Source: Candidatus Parcubacteria bacterium
GTDB taxonomy: Bacteria; Patescibacteriota; Microgenomatia; UBA12405
Length of the DNA: 64,000 nucleotides
NCBI GenBank assembly: GCA_023396915.1
Contig: JAEWUV010000002.1
Coordinates: 151,705-215,704, forward strand
Direction: 5' to 3'
Shown: one piece after another, positions 10,060 through 20,041 of the stretch
Layout of the letters: each line of letters opens with the position of its first letter
Position numbering within the stretch: the stretch's first letter is position 1
Program-made: the position numbers and the translations under genes
The notes under the pieces: generated by a model
Told to the model about the DNA's origin: nothing
Databases searched by the model: none
The model's input: the letters and a program-made list of their open reading frames with translations, nothing else

Positions 10060-12858
10060 TTAATTTTTATAATTTATAGCAATTGGAGTAATATTTATTC
10101 CTAATTTTGCACAAATACTTTGTCTATTGTTTGAACTAACTTCAAATTTATAAAGATGCTCCGCAACTAACATTTTAAGCAAGCTTTTAGTTAAATAGTT
10201 ATTATTAAAACTATCATTAAGTTTGATTATGTGTGGAATATTCAGCTTTCCTTGAAAATTTAAAGAAATAGCAATATCTATTAACTCCATGGCTTGGCTC
10301 GTATTAATATTTTTAATTTTTTCTATTGTTAAAAATAAATTTTTTGAGGCAACACTATCACTTGTTCTTTTAATAAAAAAGTAGCTAATCAATTCAAAGA
10401 AATTAAAAATTAAATTATTTATTGTTGCTTCAATATCTCCCTGTAAGTTTATTTTTTTGTCCTTTATGGTCTTTAAAATGTCTTCACGGATAGAACCTAT
10501 ATATTCTTCAGAATTATCCAAGAAAATTCTCAAAGACCTTAAACCTAGAGAGTAACATTCGTTTACCATAATAAGTTTCTTTCCACCATTTATTGAACCA
10601 TAATTATTGTTTGCAATCTGTCCTAGAATCTCCATTAATCTGAAGGAAAGATTAATTTTTGAGTAAAGACTTGATCCATCGTTATTTTTTTTATGTTCTT
10701 TTTCGTTTTTCTCTTTATTAATATCGTTTTCGTCTTCCGCTTTTAATATTTCTTCCCTATGTTCTTTTGCACTTCTATTGTCAATGGATATAGAAATTTC
10801 TTTATGAACTAGATCATTTATTACTTTCACTTCTTCTTTGGATAATGTTTGAGGTGGTACTCCTTTAAAAACTTTGTTTGACTCTTCTAGAATTTTGTCG
10901 ATTAAAGATTCACTTTTTGAGTGATGTGTTAAGAAAATAATTATATTAGCATTCTCGTCATCATAAAGATTTTCAATTAATTCAAAAATGGTTTTTTTAA
11001 TGTTCTCTTTTTCGAAATTATCTGATAAGAATTTTGCAATAAAATAATAAAATGAATAATTATGATTAAAAGAATAATATCCTGTTTCGTTTTTTAAAAT
11101 TTTGGCTCTGATTAGTGTTGAGTGAACATCCTCGTATGTTTTTTCCACATCCATCTCCGAGCAATATTTTTTATATAAACTTAACAAATCTTCTTCTGAT
11201 ATTTCCTTGATTTTATTAATAAAAAAATAATTAGCTACGTACGATAAATATGTATGATAAAAATCAAGGTCTTCAGGTTTAGTGTTAACTGAAAATAATG
11301 ATTGATTAATCAAATAACCATATAATTCTGCGTATGAACCACCTTGTATTTTATTTTTATTAGAAGCAACGGTTAATTCAAGTATAGTTAATAAATATAA
11401 TGGGTATGTTGGGATAAAATTTGAGCCGACTGCTATTTTAATCTTTTGAGCAATATCATTTTTTTCACTTAAAAGATCGTCGTCGTCACGATTTGTGTTC
11501 TGATCTAAAGTAAGCCACCTATCAATCATTTTATCCCTGAGTAGGTGTCCGAATTGTCTTATTTTATATGTCTTAAAATCAATAAAAAGATTTTTTATTT
11601 CAATATTTGAAATCAATTCTATTTCCATAGAATTATTTGAAAATATATAAATGTTTTCAAATAATTCTTTTATAAGGGAAATAAGTTGATTTCTTTGTTC
11701 TACCCTTTTTGGTAAAAGTTTTTCAAAATTATCAATTATTATTACAACTTTTTTAGGGTCATTGTTTAATAAGTATTTAAAATAATTTATATCTTTTTCA
11801 GTGTATTGTTCTTTAAACTTCTTTTCCAATAATTTTTGAAATGTATCCTTATTATTGCTGGATATATCTTCGCCTCTAAGAAAAATAGTAATTAAACTTT
11901 TTTGATTTAACTCTTTTTGCAACATGAAAGCTAAAGAAGTCTTTCCAGACAATGTATCTCCAAAGATAAAAATTTTATTATCTTTTTTGTCAATTAATGT
12001 TTTAGCATCGATATTCTCGTTTTTCTCAATGTCATCTAGGGCTGGGAAAATATAAATATCTTTTAAACATAGATTGTTATTTGATGGATGATTAATATTT
12101 ATTGAGAGTTCACATGATTTGTTTATATATTCTTGGTTTAGAAAAATATCTGGATGAATTTTAAAATATTCTTCGCTATCTTCTTCGAAATTAAAGATTG
12201 TATAATGATCTAGATCTTTAAAAGTTGTATCTAACTCAGATAAATTTTTAATTAGCAAATTCTCTTCTATAATTTTTCCATTCTTTGCGTTTGTAAAAAA
12301 AAGACCAGAAGGTACACCTCCTTCAAGAAATTTTGAAACCCAAAAATATCCATATTGGCAAACTAGAAAGATAGATTCCCCTAATTTATCGTTATTTTTA
12401 ATAATATCGCTGACTGTCTTTAACGCTATCTCTTCTGAAATAATTATATGAGCTGATAGCAAAGAATTTATTATTTTGTTTGGTGTATAGAATGTATATT
12501 TGGTTGACTCTTTACTTTTTTCAATTTCTTCAATAACACCTTGGGCTTCCTTTCCGAACTCAGATGTTGAGATTAACCAGGCTTCAGGCATTTTTAAATG
12601 GGTAGTTTTACCTTCCAGTGCAAAGATTATATTTGAATCTATTTTCTTATCTTCATTATAAGCTTTACATTCCACATATATTTGTTTATTCCTGTTTGGA
12701 ATAAAAGTACACAACAAATCCAACTCCATTCCTGTTCTTCTTAGCTCTTTAGTAACTTCATAGCTTTGTGCTTTTAACAATTCCGCTGAAATATCTTCTA
12801 ATAAATCACCTTGTTCTTTTGTAGAACTATCACATTTAACTGCAACTTCAATTTTCAT
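10060..12858 (-). CDS. STAND-type P-loop NTPase with N-terminal PD-(D/E)xK (Mrr/restriction-endonuclease-like) domain; Avs-like candidate defence protein
   Basis: N-terminus carries ...GMELDLLC...IYVECKAY (D, E.K catalytic triad pattern). Walker A is IFIFGDTLSGKTSLA and Walker B is VVIIIDNFEKL. A long alpha-helical C-terminal region follows. Confidence 0.55.
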   Translation of the reverse strand: MKIEVAVKCDSSTKEQGDLLEDISAELLKAQSYEVTKELRRTGMELDLLCTFIPNRNKQIYVECKAYNEDKKIDSNIIFALEGKTTHLKMPEAWLISTSEFGKEAQGVIEEIEKSKESTKYTFYTPNKIINSLLSAHIIISEEIALKTVSDIIKNNDKLGESIFLVCQYGYFWVSKFLEGGVPSGLFFTNAKNGKIIEENLLIKNLSELDTTFKDLDHYTIFNFEEDSEEYFKIHPDIFLNQEYINKSCELSININHPSNNNLCLKDIYIFPALDDIEKNENIDAKTLIDKKDNKIFIFGDTLSGKTSLAFMLQKELNQKSLITIFLRGEDISSNNKDTFQKLLEKKFKEQYTEKDINYFKYLLNNDPKKVVIIIDNFEKLLPKRVEQRNQLISLIKELFENIYIFSNNSMEIELISNIEIKNLFIDFKTYKIRQFGHLLRDKMIDRWLTLDQNTNRDDDDLLSEKNDIAQKIKIAVGSNFIPTYPLYLLTILELTVASNKNKIQGGSYAELYGYLINQSLFSVNTKPEDLDFYHTYLSYVANYFFINKIKEISEEDLLSLYKKYCSEMDVEKTYEDVHSTLIRAKILKNETGYYSFNHNYSFYYFIAKFLSDNFEKENIKKTIFELIENLYDDENANIIIFLTHHSKSESLIDKILEESNKVFKGVPPQTLSKEEVKVINDLVHKEISISIDNRSAKEHREEILKAEDENDINKEKNEKEHKKNNDGSSLYSKINLSFRLMEILGQIANNNYGSINGGKKLIMVNECYSLGLRSLRIFLDNSEEYIGSIREDILKTIKDKKINLQGDIEATINNLIFNFFELISYFFIKRTSDSVASKNLFLTIEKIKNINTSQAMELIDIAISLNFQGKLNIPHIIKLNDSFNNNYLTKSLLKMLVAEHLYKFEVSSNNRQSICAKLGINITPIAINYKN

Positions 12859-12889
12859 CTATTTAAACAGGTTCATTAATAAAAATTTG

Positions 12890-13181
12890 CTCCCCCGCGT
12901 GGACTCGAACCACGGACCGATCGCTTACAAGAAACCCTAAAATTTCTAATAGGCTTGGACTATATCATATCCCGATAAATCGGGACTTGGGCGCTAAATG
13001 GTGTAATCACCTAGTCTCTGAACCTTTCCCGACATAAAGCCGGGACTTGGCTGCGGGTTGCCATAATCCGAAAATCGGACATTAGGTTTCACGCAATTCA
13101 CCCAATTTTTCAATCTTGATTACTCAAGAAAGCTGCTAATTTCGTAACAGGCGAGCGCTCTACCGACTGAGCTACAGGGGA
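12890..13181 (-). tRNA. tRNA-Asn(GUU) interrupted by a group I intron in the anticodon loop
   Basis: Exon 1 is UCCCCUGUAGCUCAGUCGGUAGAGCGCUCGCCUGU. Exon 2 is UAAGCGAUCGGUCCGUGGUUCGAGUCCACGCGGGGGAG. Together they fold into a cloverleaf with a U1-A72 pair and a CUGUUAA anticodon loop, as in E. coli tRNA-Asn. Confidence 0.75.
12928..13146 (-). ncRNA. Group I intron (about 219 nt, no ORF) within tRNA-Asn
   Basis: Contains the canonical group I core elements R (GGTTCAGAGACTAGG) and S (ATGATATAGTCC). The 5' exon ends in U, which pairs with G of the internal guide sequence (IGS) GCAG. The intron ends in omega-G, and a P10 pairing (UUA-UAA) is possible. Confidence 0.7.
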
Positions 13182-13235
13182 ATGTAAAATAAAATTTAAA
13201 GTGCGAAGCTGACTTTGATTATAACATTCAAATTG

Positions 13236-13910
13236 TTAAGAAAGAACACCTTTAATCCAACCTAAAGTAAGGCGTAATTTACTTACATCATAAAATCTTA
13301 TTTTTATAATTCCGAATTGATGAATGTTTTTTCTAATTTTTGGACTATCTAATTTATTTTTGGCAAAATAAGTCTTTCCAAATTGTGATGGTTTTATTTT
13401 TAATAAATTACACCAAAATTTAATAGCATTTGGTTCATTTAAATTGTCGTGTAACCAAAGACTAAATTTGAGATTATCTTTTTTGATGTTACAAAATTCA
13501 CAAATCCAATTAGTCATAAATTTTATAGTTTGAGGATCTGCATTGGTAAACTCAAGGGCATTTCCTGTTTTTGAACCTTCGCCTTGATATAAAGTTATTC
13601 CAGCAATAAATCTGTCGCGTTTATTAAGTTTCCCTACTTGGGCTATTCCCTTTTTTAATAATTCTTTTTCTTGAATTTGTCGTTTGGTTTTGTTTGTTTT
13701 AGCACCTAAAATTCTGGCTTTTGATAAACCATTTTTTTTATTTTTAATTAGTTGCTCAATTTGATAACTGCTTAATTCTATATTTTTACAATATTTTGAA
13801 ATGGTACTTTTTGATGTTTCGGTGATTTTCTCAATTTCACGATATGACAAACCTTGTTGGCGTAATTTTTGAATTTTTTGTTTATTTTCTAAATTTCCGT
13901 AAAATCCCAT
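13236..13910 (-). CDS. HTH-domain protein (possible degenerate LAGLIDADG-like or regulator) immediately 5' of the intron-containing tRNA
   Basis: N-terminal GLSYREIEKITETSKSTISKY helix-turn-helix. A central FIAGITLYQGEGSK segment weakly resembles a LAGLIDADG motif. Very basic protein. Confidence 0.3.
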   Translation of the reverse strand: MGFYGNLENKQKIQKLRQQGLSYREIEKITETSKSTISKYCKNIELSSYQIEQLIKNKKNGLSKARILGAKTNKTKRQIQEKELLKKGIAQVGKLNKRDRFIAGITLYQGEGSKTGNALEFTNADPQTIKFMTNWICEFCNIKKDNLKFSLWLHDNLNEPNAIKFWCNLLKIKPSQFGKTYFAKNKLDSPKIRKNIHQFGIIKIRFYDVSKLRLTLGWIKGVLS

Positions 13911-13974
13911 GAATTAATTATACTTAAAGAACCACTAAATACAAGGCTTTGCTTATTATTTTTTGAAAAATAAT

Positions 13975-13983
13975 TTTGATATA
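13975..13983 (+). promoter_or_regulatory. Extended -10 element (TGATATAAT) upstream of the histidine phosphatase gene
   Basis: TGnTATAAT match located 11 nt upstream of the ATG at 13994. Confidence 0.35.
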
Positions 13984-13993
13984 ATAGAACCCT

Positions 13994-14551
13994 ATGAAAT
14001 TAATTATAGTCAGACATGGAGAGACGGATGAAAACGTCAAAAAAATTATTCAGGGGCAGACGGATAATAGTCTAAACGAAAAAGGCAAAAAACAAGCAAA
14101 AGAAATTGGTAAACAATTAAAAGAGAAAGGTAAGATTGATATGGTGTTTTGCTCCCCTTTGAAAAGATGTAAAGAAACTTTGGAAGAAATTTTGTCAGAA
14201 TGCCCGATTGATGGGGAAATTTGTATGTCATGCTTGATTCAGGAAAGAGATTTTGGAGAATATACAGGGATGGAAACTTGTTTGATTAATTGGGACGAAA
14301 TATATGAAGACAGTAAATTAAATCAGGAGATGGGGGTGGAAAGTTTGGATAAACTGGAAAGAAGGGTGGAATTATTTTTGGAAGATTTGAAATTGGAAGG
14401 CGATGAAAAGACGGTTTTGATAGTTAGCCACGGAGGACCAATAATGGCAATAATCAACAAACTTAGTGGTAAAAATTTGAGATATCCGGAAGCAACGATA
14501 AATAACGGAGAGATAATGGAATTTGATTTGGACGCAAAACTGGACTTTTAG
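13994..14551 (+). CDS. Histidine phosphatase family protein (phosphoglycerate-mutase-like)
   Basis: LIIVRHGETDEN (RHG motif) and the catalytic-core pattern of the histidine phosphatase superfamily. Confidence 0.65.
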   Translation: MKLIIVRHGETDENVKKIIQGQTDNSLNEKGKKQAKEIGKQLKEKGKIDMVFCSPLKRCKETLEEILSECPIDGEICMSCLIQERDFGEYTGMETCLINWDEIYEDSKLNQEMGVESLDKLERRVELFLEDLKLEGDEKTVLIVSHGGPIMAIINKLSGKNLRYPEATINNGEIMEFDLDAKLDF

Positions 14552-14796
14552 TGATAGTGGTTAGTAATGGCCAATATTTCAATATTTTTATCAAGATCAA
14601 AGATAAAAATAACCCGGTATTTCCTATCTAGTCTAAAACTGTGAAAGCCTTTACTTCTCGGTTCTAATATTTCTAAATTCAAACTGGGGTGATTTGGATT
14701 TTTAAGAAATTGTTGGTATTGTTTCTCAAATTTTTTGACTAAATTATGATTAGAAAGATATGTCCTTTGGTCTTTAGTTAAAAAATCCAGGTTCAT
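14548..14796 (-). CDS. Type II toxin, RelE/ParE superfamily
   Basis: 82 aa. The start overlaps the upstream antitoxin stop (ATGA). C-terminal region is YRVIFIFDLDKNIEILAITNHYH. Confidence 0.5.
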   Translation of the reverse strand: MNLDFLTKDQRTYLSNHNLVKKFEKQYQQFLKNPNHPSLNLEILEPRSKGFHSFRLDRKYRVIFIFDLDKNIEILAITNHYH

Positions 14797-15083
14797 TTCT
14801 GATTAAAGAACCGACTATTTTTTAAACCATTTTCCATGTCTTTTAAAAATTCTTTGGAATATTTACCAGTTTCTTTGAGACTATTTAGAGCCTCTGAACG
14901 ACTACGGGTATCGGGTGAAGTGAAAGGAAAAGTAGTGATATTACTAATTAACTCTGGTTTGAATTGAAAAACACGAATTAAATTACGAAGTAATTCACTT
15001 CGATTTTCAAAATTATATTTGGCCGAAAGTTGGTCAATAAATTTGGCTTGTTCGTTAGTAATAGATATATTCACGGTGGTCAT
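14793..15083 (-). CDS. Type II antitoxin, ribbon-helix-helix (ParD/CopG-like)
   Basis: 96 aa with an RSELLRNLIR motif typical of RHH antitoxins. Translationally coupled to the toxin. Confidence 0.5.
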   Translation of the reverse strand: MTTVNISITNEQAKFIDQLSAKYNFENRSELLRNLIRVFQFKPELISNITTFPFTSPDTRSRSEALNSLKETGKYSKEFLKDMENGLKNSRFFNQK

Positions 15084-15130
15084 ATGACAATATTATGTCA
15101 TACTTTGGCAAACTTTGTCAAGGATTGTTA

Positions 15131-16216
15131 TTATTCCAAATAGTCTTGTAATTTCTTGCGGCGGGAGGGGTGACGGAGTTTTCTGAGGGCTTTGGCTTCG
15201 ATTTGACGAATACGTTCACGGGTAACATTAAAAATTTTGCCAACTTCTTCGAGGGTTTTTGGAGTCTCCCCCATTAAGCCAAAACGGAGAGATAAAACTT
15301 TGGTTTCGCGTTCATCAAGAGAACCGAGGACTTCTTCGATAGATTCGCGAAGTAATTCTTTGCTGGTTTCTTCATACGGAGACATTTGGGTAGTGTCTTC
15401 GATAAAATCACCTAAAAATGAATCTTCGTCATCACCAACCGGAGTGGAAAGTGAAGTGGTGTCTTGGGAGATTCGATAAATTTCTTCGACTTTGTCGATA
15501 CTAATATCAACTTCGGCGGCAATTTGTTCGACAGTAGGTTCTTTGCCTAATTTTTGGGTTAAGGCACGGGTGGCTTTGTAAACTTTGTTGATGGTTTCGA
15601 CCATATGGACGGGAATACGAATAGTTTTGGCTTGATCGGCAATAGCCCGGGTAATAGCCTGACGAATCCACCAGGTGGCATAAGTAGAAAATTTAAACCC
15701 GCGATGCCAATCGAACTTTTCAACGGCACGCATTAAACCCTGATTACCTTCCTGAACCAAATCAAGAAAAGTAAGTCCCCGACCAATATATTTTTTGGCA
15801 ATAGAGACAACTAGACGTAAATTAGCATTGATAAGATCGGCACGGGCAGCAAGAGAACCTTTTTCGATAGCCTGGGCTAAAGCAACTTCTTGGTCAAAAG
15901 TTAATAAATCGATTTTACCGATTTCTTTTAGATACATTCTGACTGAATCGACATTACCCTTTTGGGTTAAAAGACTAAGAAGTTCGGAAGAGGTAGTTTT
16001 GGAACTTTCTTTTTCGATAGCTTCTTTTGATTCGACTTTGTCAAAAACATCAATACCTCGTTCAAAGAGATAATCAAAAAGATTGTCAACGTCATCAAGG
16101 TGTTTTTCCGGTTCGGGAATTTGGGCTAAAATTTCTTCGTTGGTGAGATAATGGAGCTTCTTGGCTTGGGAAAATAGAGTCTGCTTAATTTTTGAAAGGT
16201 TGAAGGTAGAAGGCAT
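15131..16216 (-). CDS. rpoD: RNA polymerase sigma-70 factor RpoD/SigA
   Basis: Region 2 ([18 protein letters not shown]...[15 protein letters not shown]) and region 4 ([29 protein letters not shown]). Confidence 0.9.
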   Translation of the reverse strand: MPSTFNLSKIKQTLFSQAKKLHYLTNEEILAQIPEPEKHLDDVDNLFDYLFERGIDVFDKVESKEAIEKESSKTTSSELLSLLTQKGNVDSVRMYLKEIGKIDLLTFDQEVALAQAIEKGSLAARADLINANLRLVVSIAKKYIGRGLTFLDLVQEGNQGLMRAVEKFDWHRGFKFSTYATWWIRQAITRAIADQAKTIRIPVHMVETINKVYKATRALTQKLGKEPTVEQIAAEVDISIDKVEEIYRISQDTTSLSTPVGDDEDSFLGDFIEDTTQMSPYEETSKELLRESIEEVLGSLDERETKVLSLRFGLMGETPKTLEEVGKIFNVTRERIRQIEAKALRKLRHPSRRKKLQDYLE

Positions 16217-16249
16217 AGCCTGTATTGTATACGAAATTAACCAATAAAT

Positions 16250-18084
16250 CTAGCTTTTTTGAATTTGGACTTTTGATAACTCAGACAGGAGTTGATTATA
16301 CTCTTTTTCGACTTCGGAAAGCTTTTGTTGATTATCACTATTTTCTAATTGAGCAATTTTGGCGCTTAGAAAGTTAAGTCGGTCTTTGAGATAGAAATTA
16401 TCTAAAATGGCAACTGTTTTTTTAATTTCCAAAAGACGTTGTTTTGATTCGATGGGGTTAACAGTAGTTTCTAAATAAATATTTTGGAAAATGGGTAAGA
16501 TTTCGGCTGGTAAAAGAGAACCAAAAGTTTTGGGGTCAAATTCTTTGATTTCTAATAATTGATTAGCAATTTTTTGGAAACGGCTGTTTTGAAAACGGTC
16601 AATTTTTGGAGACAATTTTTGAGCGACTTTAATCGGATTTTTGGCACCAAGAATAAGTGTTAATAAAAGTTGTTCAAATATTTCTGTTTTTGCGGAATCT
16701 TTCGTATTATCTTTGACGGGATTAACGACAGAATTAAGAAGATTTGTGGCATTTTTATTGGTGGTAGTTATAGTATTAACACTCTTTTTTGACTCCTCTA
16801 AAATGGCATCATAATCAGAACCGATTTCATTACTTAATTTTTTTAAATAATCTGATCTGATAACTGAATTTTTGATTTTAATTAAAAAAGGTAAGACGAC
16901 GGTTAGAATTTCTTTTTTGCCTTTGATGGTATCGGGATTGTTAATTTTAATTTGGGACTGAATAATAAAATCCCAGATGGAAACTGATTGATCAAGTTGT
17001 TTTTTGAAAAATTCCAGGTCAGACTTGACGGCTTCGTCGGGGTCTTTGTATTTGTCGCCCAGAACCAAAACTTTGATATCGAATTCCATAGAGTCGGCTA
17101 ATTCAATACTTTTTCGGGAAGCATTGGAACCAGCAAAATCGGAATCTAAAGCTAAAATTAGGGTATCAGTGTAACGACGAAGAAGTTGAAGTTGGTCTTG
17201 GGTAAAGGCCGTGCCTTTGATAGCCACAATATTTTTTACTCCAAATTGAAAAGGAGAAATCATGTCAAACTCCCCTTCGGTAACAATAACGGCATTTTGT
17301 TGACGAATAAAATCTTTGGTAAGGTGTAAGCCAAAAAGATTGTAACTTTTGTGATAGATTTCGGTTTCGGGAGAATTAATATATTTTGCCAGAGCCTGCC
17401 TGCCAGCAGGCAGGCTCTGATTTTTACTGGTTGGGAATATCCGACCGGAAAAACCTAAAATTCGGCCACGATAATCGGAAAGAGGAAAAGTCAGACGACC
17501 CTGGAAACGGTCATAAAGACGGGAATTATACTGACTTTGACCGAAAGTTCCTGAGGCAATTAAATCAGCGACTTTGTAACCTTTTTTGGTAAGAAAATTG
17601 ATAATAAGTTGGGGGTTTTCGGGTGAGTAACCAATGCCAAATTGTTTAATGGTATTCAAATTTATTCCCCTACCTTTGACATAATCGAGGGCATTTTTAC
17701 CCAAAGGATGACTTAAAAGCATGTATTGGTAAAATTTTTCGACCTGAGAATTTAAGTCTATTAAAACTTTTTTGCGGGATTCCTGTTTGTCGGTAAACTC
17801 GCTTTTTTTGAGAGTGATACCGGCCATGGCGGCAAGTTCGGTGAGGGCTTCGGGGAAAGTGATACGTTCGTATTCTTGTAAAAAAGTAAAAATATCGCCA
17901 GCTTTGCCACAACCAAAACATTTATACATTTGGAGTTCTTCGGAGACAGTGAAAGATGGAGTTTTTTCGCCATGAAAAGGACAGCAAGCGATGTGGTTGC
18001 GACCGCGTTTTTTGAGGGGGACAAAACGGTTAATTACATCGACAATATTGAGTTTTTGTTTGATTTCCTCGACCTGATTCTCCA
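16250..18084 (-). CDS. dnaG: DNA primase DnaG (start moved to GTG at 18084)
   Basis: CCPFHGEKTPSFTV zinc-binding motif and a TOPRIM domain (VIVTEGEFDMI...LDSDFAG). The listed ORF's first about 46 aa are translated from repeat elements, so I chose the GTG preceded by a TATAAT. Confidence 0.85.
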
Positions 18085-18101
18085 CTGAGATATTATACCT
18101 T

Positions 18102-18255
18102 TTAAAATCCCCTTCGGCTACGCCGCTTTCCCCTTTGAAGAAGGGGGACCTTAAATACAAAACACTCCCCAACCACTCCCTCGACAGGGTGGGGTTTTGA
18201 TTACAAAACCCACTCCGTTTCATGGATCTCCCTTAAAAAGGGAGGCTTTAAAAAC
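18102..18255. repeat. Composite palindromic repeat cluster (type B + A-like + C-like hairpins)
   Basis: AAAATCCCCTTCGGCTACGCCGCTTTCCCCTTTGAAGAAGGGGGA ... CTCCCTCGACAGGGTGGGG ... TCTCCCTTAAAAAGGGAGG. Units here also occur at more than 15 other loci. Confidence 0.8.
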
Positions 18256-18257
18256 AC

Positions 18258-18791
18258 TTATTTCCTTTTCAAAATTAAATAGACACATTTTACGTTTAAG
18301 TTATCGGGCCATTCGGGCCAATGAAAATAAAAATATCCCTTATCACCTTGTGAAGTATTGATTTTCCAGCCCCATTTTTTATAAATTTTTAGGGTTTTAG
18401 TATTGTAAATGTTGGTATCAAGTAACAAATTTCTATTTTCGGCAAATTTTAAAGCTAAATTATATAGTTTTTTACCAATACCGTGATGCTGAAAATCAGG
18501 GTGGACATAAAATCCAAAAAATTTAGCGGTATTTTTATCAATAATTTTACAAGTGGCCGAACCAATTAATTTAGTGTCAGAAAAAGCTAGCCAAGTTTTT
18601 TGGGTAGAAGAGTTAATTAGACTGGTTTTAAAATTTTTTTTGGCCTTAGGGGTATTAAAAATTTTTGGAGAAAAACATTCTTTGGTTAGACCAACTTTGG
18701 GATTGGTATAAGCAAATTCGTAAGTAGTTTGGAGAAGATTTATATATTCTTTTAAATTAGACGGTTTGGCTAGTTTAATATTAATATTCAC
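18258..18791 (-). CDS. GNAT family N-acetyltransferase
   Basis: FFGFYVHPDFQHHGIGKKLYNLALKFAE acetyl-CoA-binding motif. Confidence 0.7.
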   Translation of the reverse strand: MNINIKLAKPSNLKEYINLLQTTYEFAYTNPKVGLTKECFSPKIFNTPKAKKNFKTSLINSSTQKTWLAFSDTKLIGSATCKIIDKNTAKFFGFYVHPDFQHHGIGKKLYNLALKFAENRNLLLDTNIYNTKTLKIYKKWGWKINTSQGDKGYFYFHWPEWPDNLNVKCVYLILKRK

Positions 18792-18802
18792 ATTGATTAG
18801 TA

Positions 18803-20038
18803 TTATTTTTTGATTTCGATGTTGATATGTTTGGGGGTGAAGATTAGGAGAACGATACTAAGTAAAATATTAAAGCCAGCTAGAAATGAAAAAGTGGCGC
18901 TGACACTAAAGTTGTCGGCGATTAAACCGGCAAAAATAGGACCAATAATCCAGCCAAAATTAGTACTAAAATCGCTTAACCCTTCGATTTCCCGATCATA
19001 TTTCTCAGACTCATAAATATAATCACCATAAGCACCATTTATTGATGGCCAGGCGATGGAAAATATTAGAGAAGAGATAAAAACGGTAATTAAAATAAGA
19101 AGAGGAATTTTAATAATAAACAGAGGGAAAAGAATGATATTCCCAATTAAAAAGGCTATAAAAGCAGTTTTTTTCTTCCCAAATCTTTTATTAATCTTGC
19201 TAACAAACCAGCAAGTAAGAAGACTAGGAACGGTATACATTAACATAAATAATCCACCAAAATCTTTAAATTCAGGAAAATCTTGGGAAAAAAGTGGTCC
19301 AATCACCCAAAAAGCGGCATCAAATGAACTAAGAAAAATATTAAATAACAGAACCGGAAATATTATGAATCCAATTTTTCTCCAAATAGAAAACTCTTTG
19401 GCAAAATCGGAACGACAACGACGGGGCAAAACTATCTGAGTGTCTTTGAAAGAAAGCTTGACTAAAACTAAATAAAACAAAAAAGAGATAAATAAAAATA
19501 CTAAAGCAACTAGGAAGGGGGTAAAAGTAACCATACCAGTAATTAAAGCTCCGGCTACAGTAGGAGCAATAGATATGCCGACACCTCTGGCAATACTGAT
19601 TATTCCAAATCTTTGAGAATTGTTTGATTTGGAATGATTACCAATAAAATCAAAAATAGCAAAATTTATTAAATCGTAATAGAGTCCCCAAATTGCCATA
19701 GCAATAACTGAGAGGAAAAGTAGTCTGGATGAAGACCAAAGCACTAATGGGAAAATGGAACAAAGAATGTAGAAAAACAAGAATAACCGTCGATAATGAG
19801 TTTGTTTGAAAAATCTAGAAAGTAAAAAATCAAAGGTTGCTCCAAAAAAACTGGAGGTAGATATAATTAAACCAACTTGAGTTTTTGTTAGACCGATTTC
19901 ACTAAAAAAAATAGGAATTAAATAGCTGAAAGTACCATCAAAAATAGCCCAAAACACGACAATTAAAATAATATTGGAAAAAATTTTTTTATCTAGAGGA
20001 AAACGAACTATTTTGGCAGTGAGATTTTTTAAAAACAT
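18803..20038 (-). CDS. MFS-type transporter
   Basis: 411 aa with about 12 predicted TM helices. Confidence 0.55.
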   Translation of the reverse strand: MFLKNLTAKIVRFPLDKKIFSNIILIVVFWAIFDGTFSYLIPIFFSEIGLTKTQVGLIISTSSFFGATFDFLLSRFFKQTHYRRLFLFFYILCSIFPLVLWSSSRLLFLSVIAMAIWGLYYDLINFAIFDFIGNHSKSNNSQRFGIISIARGVGISIAPTVAGALITGMVTFTPFLVALVFLFISFLFYLVLVKLSFKDTQIVLPRRCRSDFAKEFSIWRKIGFIIFPVLLFNIFLSSFDAAFWVIGPLFSQDFPEFKDFGGLFMLMYTVPSLLTCWFVSKINKRFGKKKTAFIAFLIGNIILFPLFIIKIPLLILITVFISSLIFSIAWPSINGAYGDYIYESEKYDREIEGLSDFSTNFGWIIGPIFAGLIADNFSVSATFSFLAGFNILLSIVLLIFTPKHINIEIKK

Positions 20039-20041
20039 TTT

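Noticed and set aside
13236-13910. Confident call of a LAGLIDADG homing endonuclease
   Set aside because: Only one weak motif-like segment is present, with no second motif or conserved acidic residues. I kept it as a low-confidence possibility in the findings.
18085-18223. N-terminal 46 aa of the listed dnaG ORF (MKRSGFCNQNPTLSREWLGSV...)
   Set aside because: This stretch is translated from the type B/A/C repeat cluster. A GTG preceded by a TATAAT at 18084 gives a canonical DnaG N-terminus, so the extension is a read-through artefact of ORF calling.
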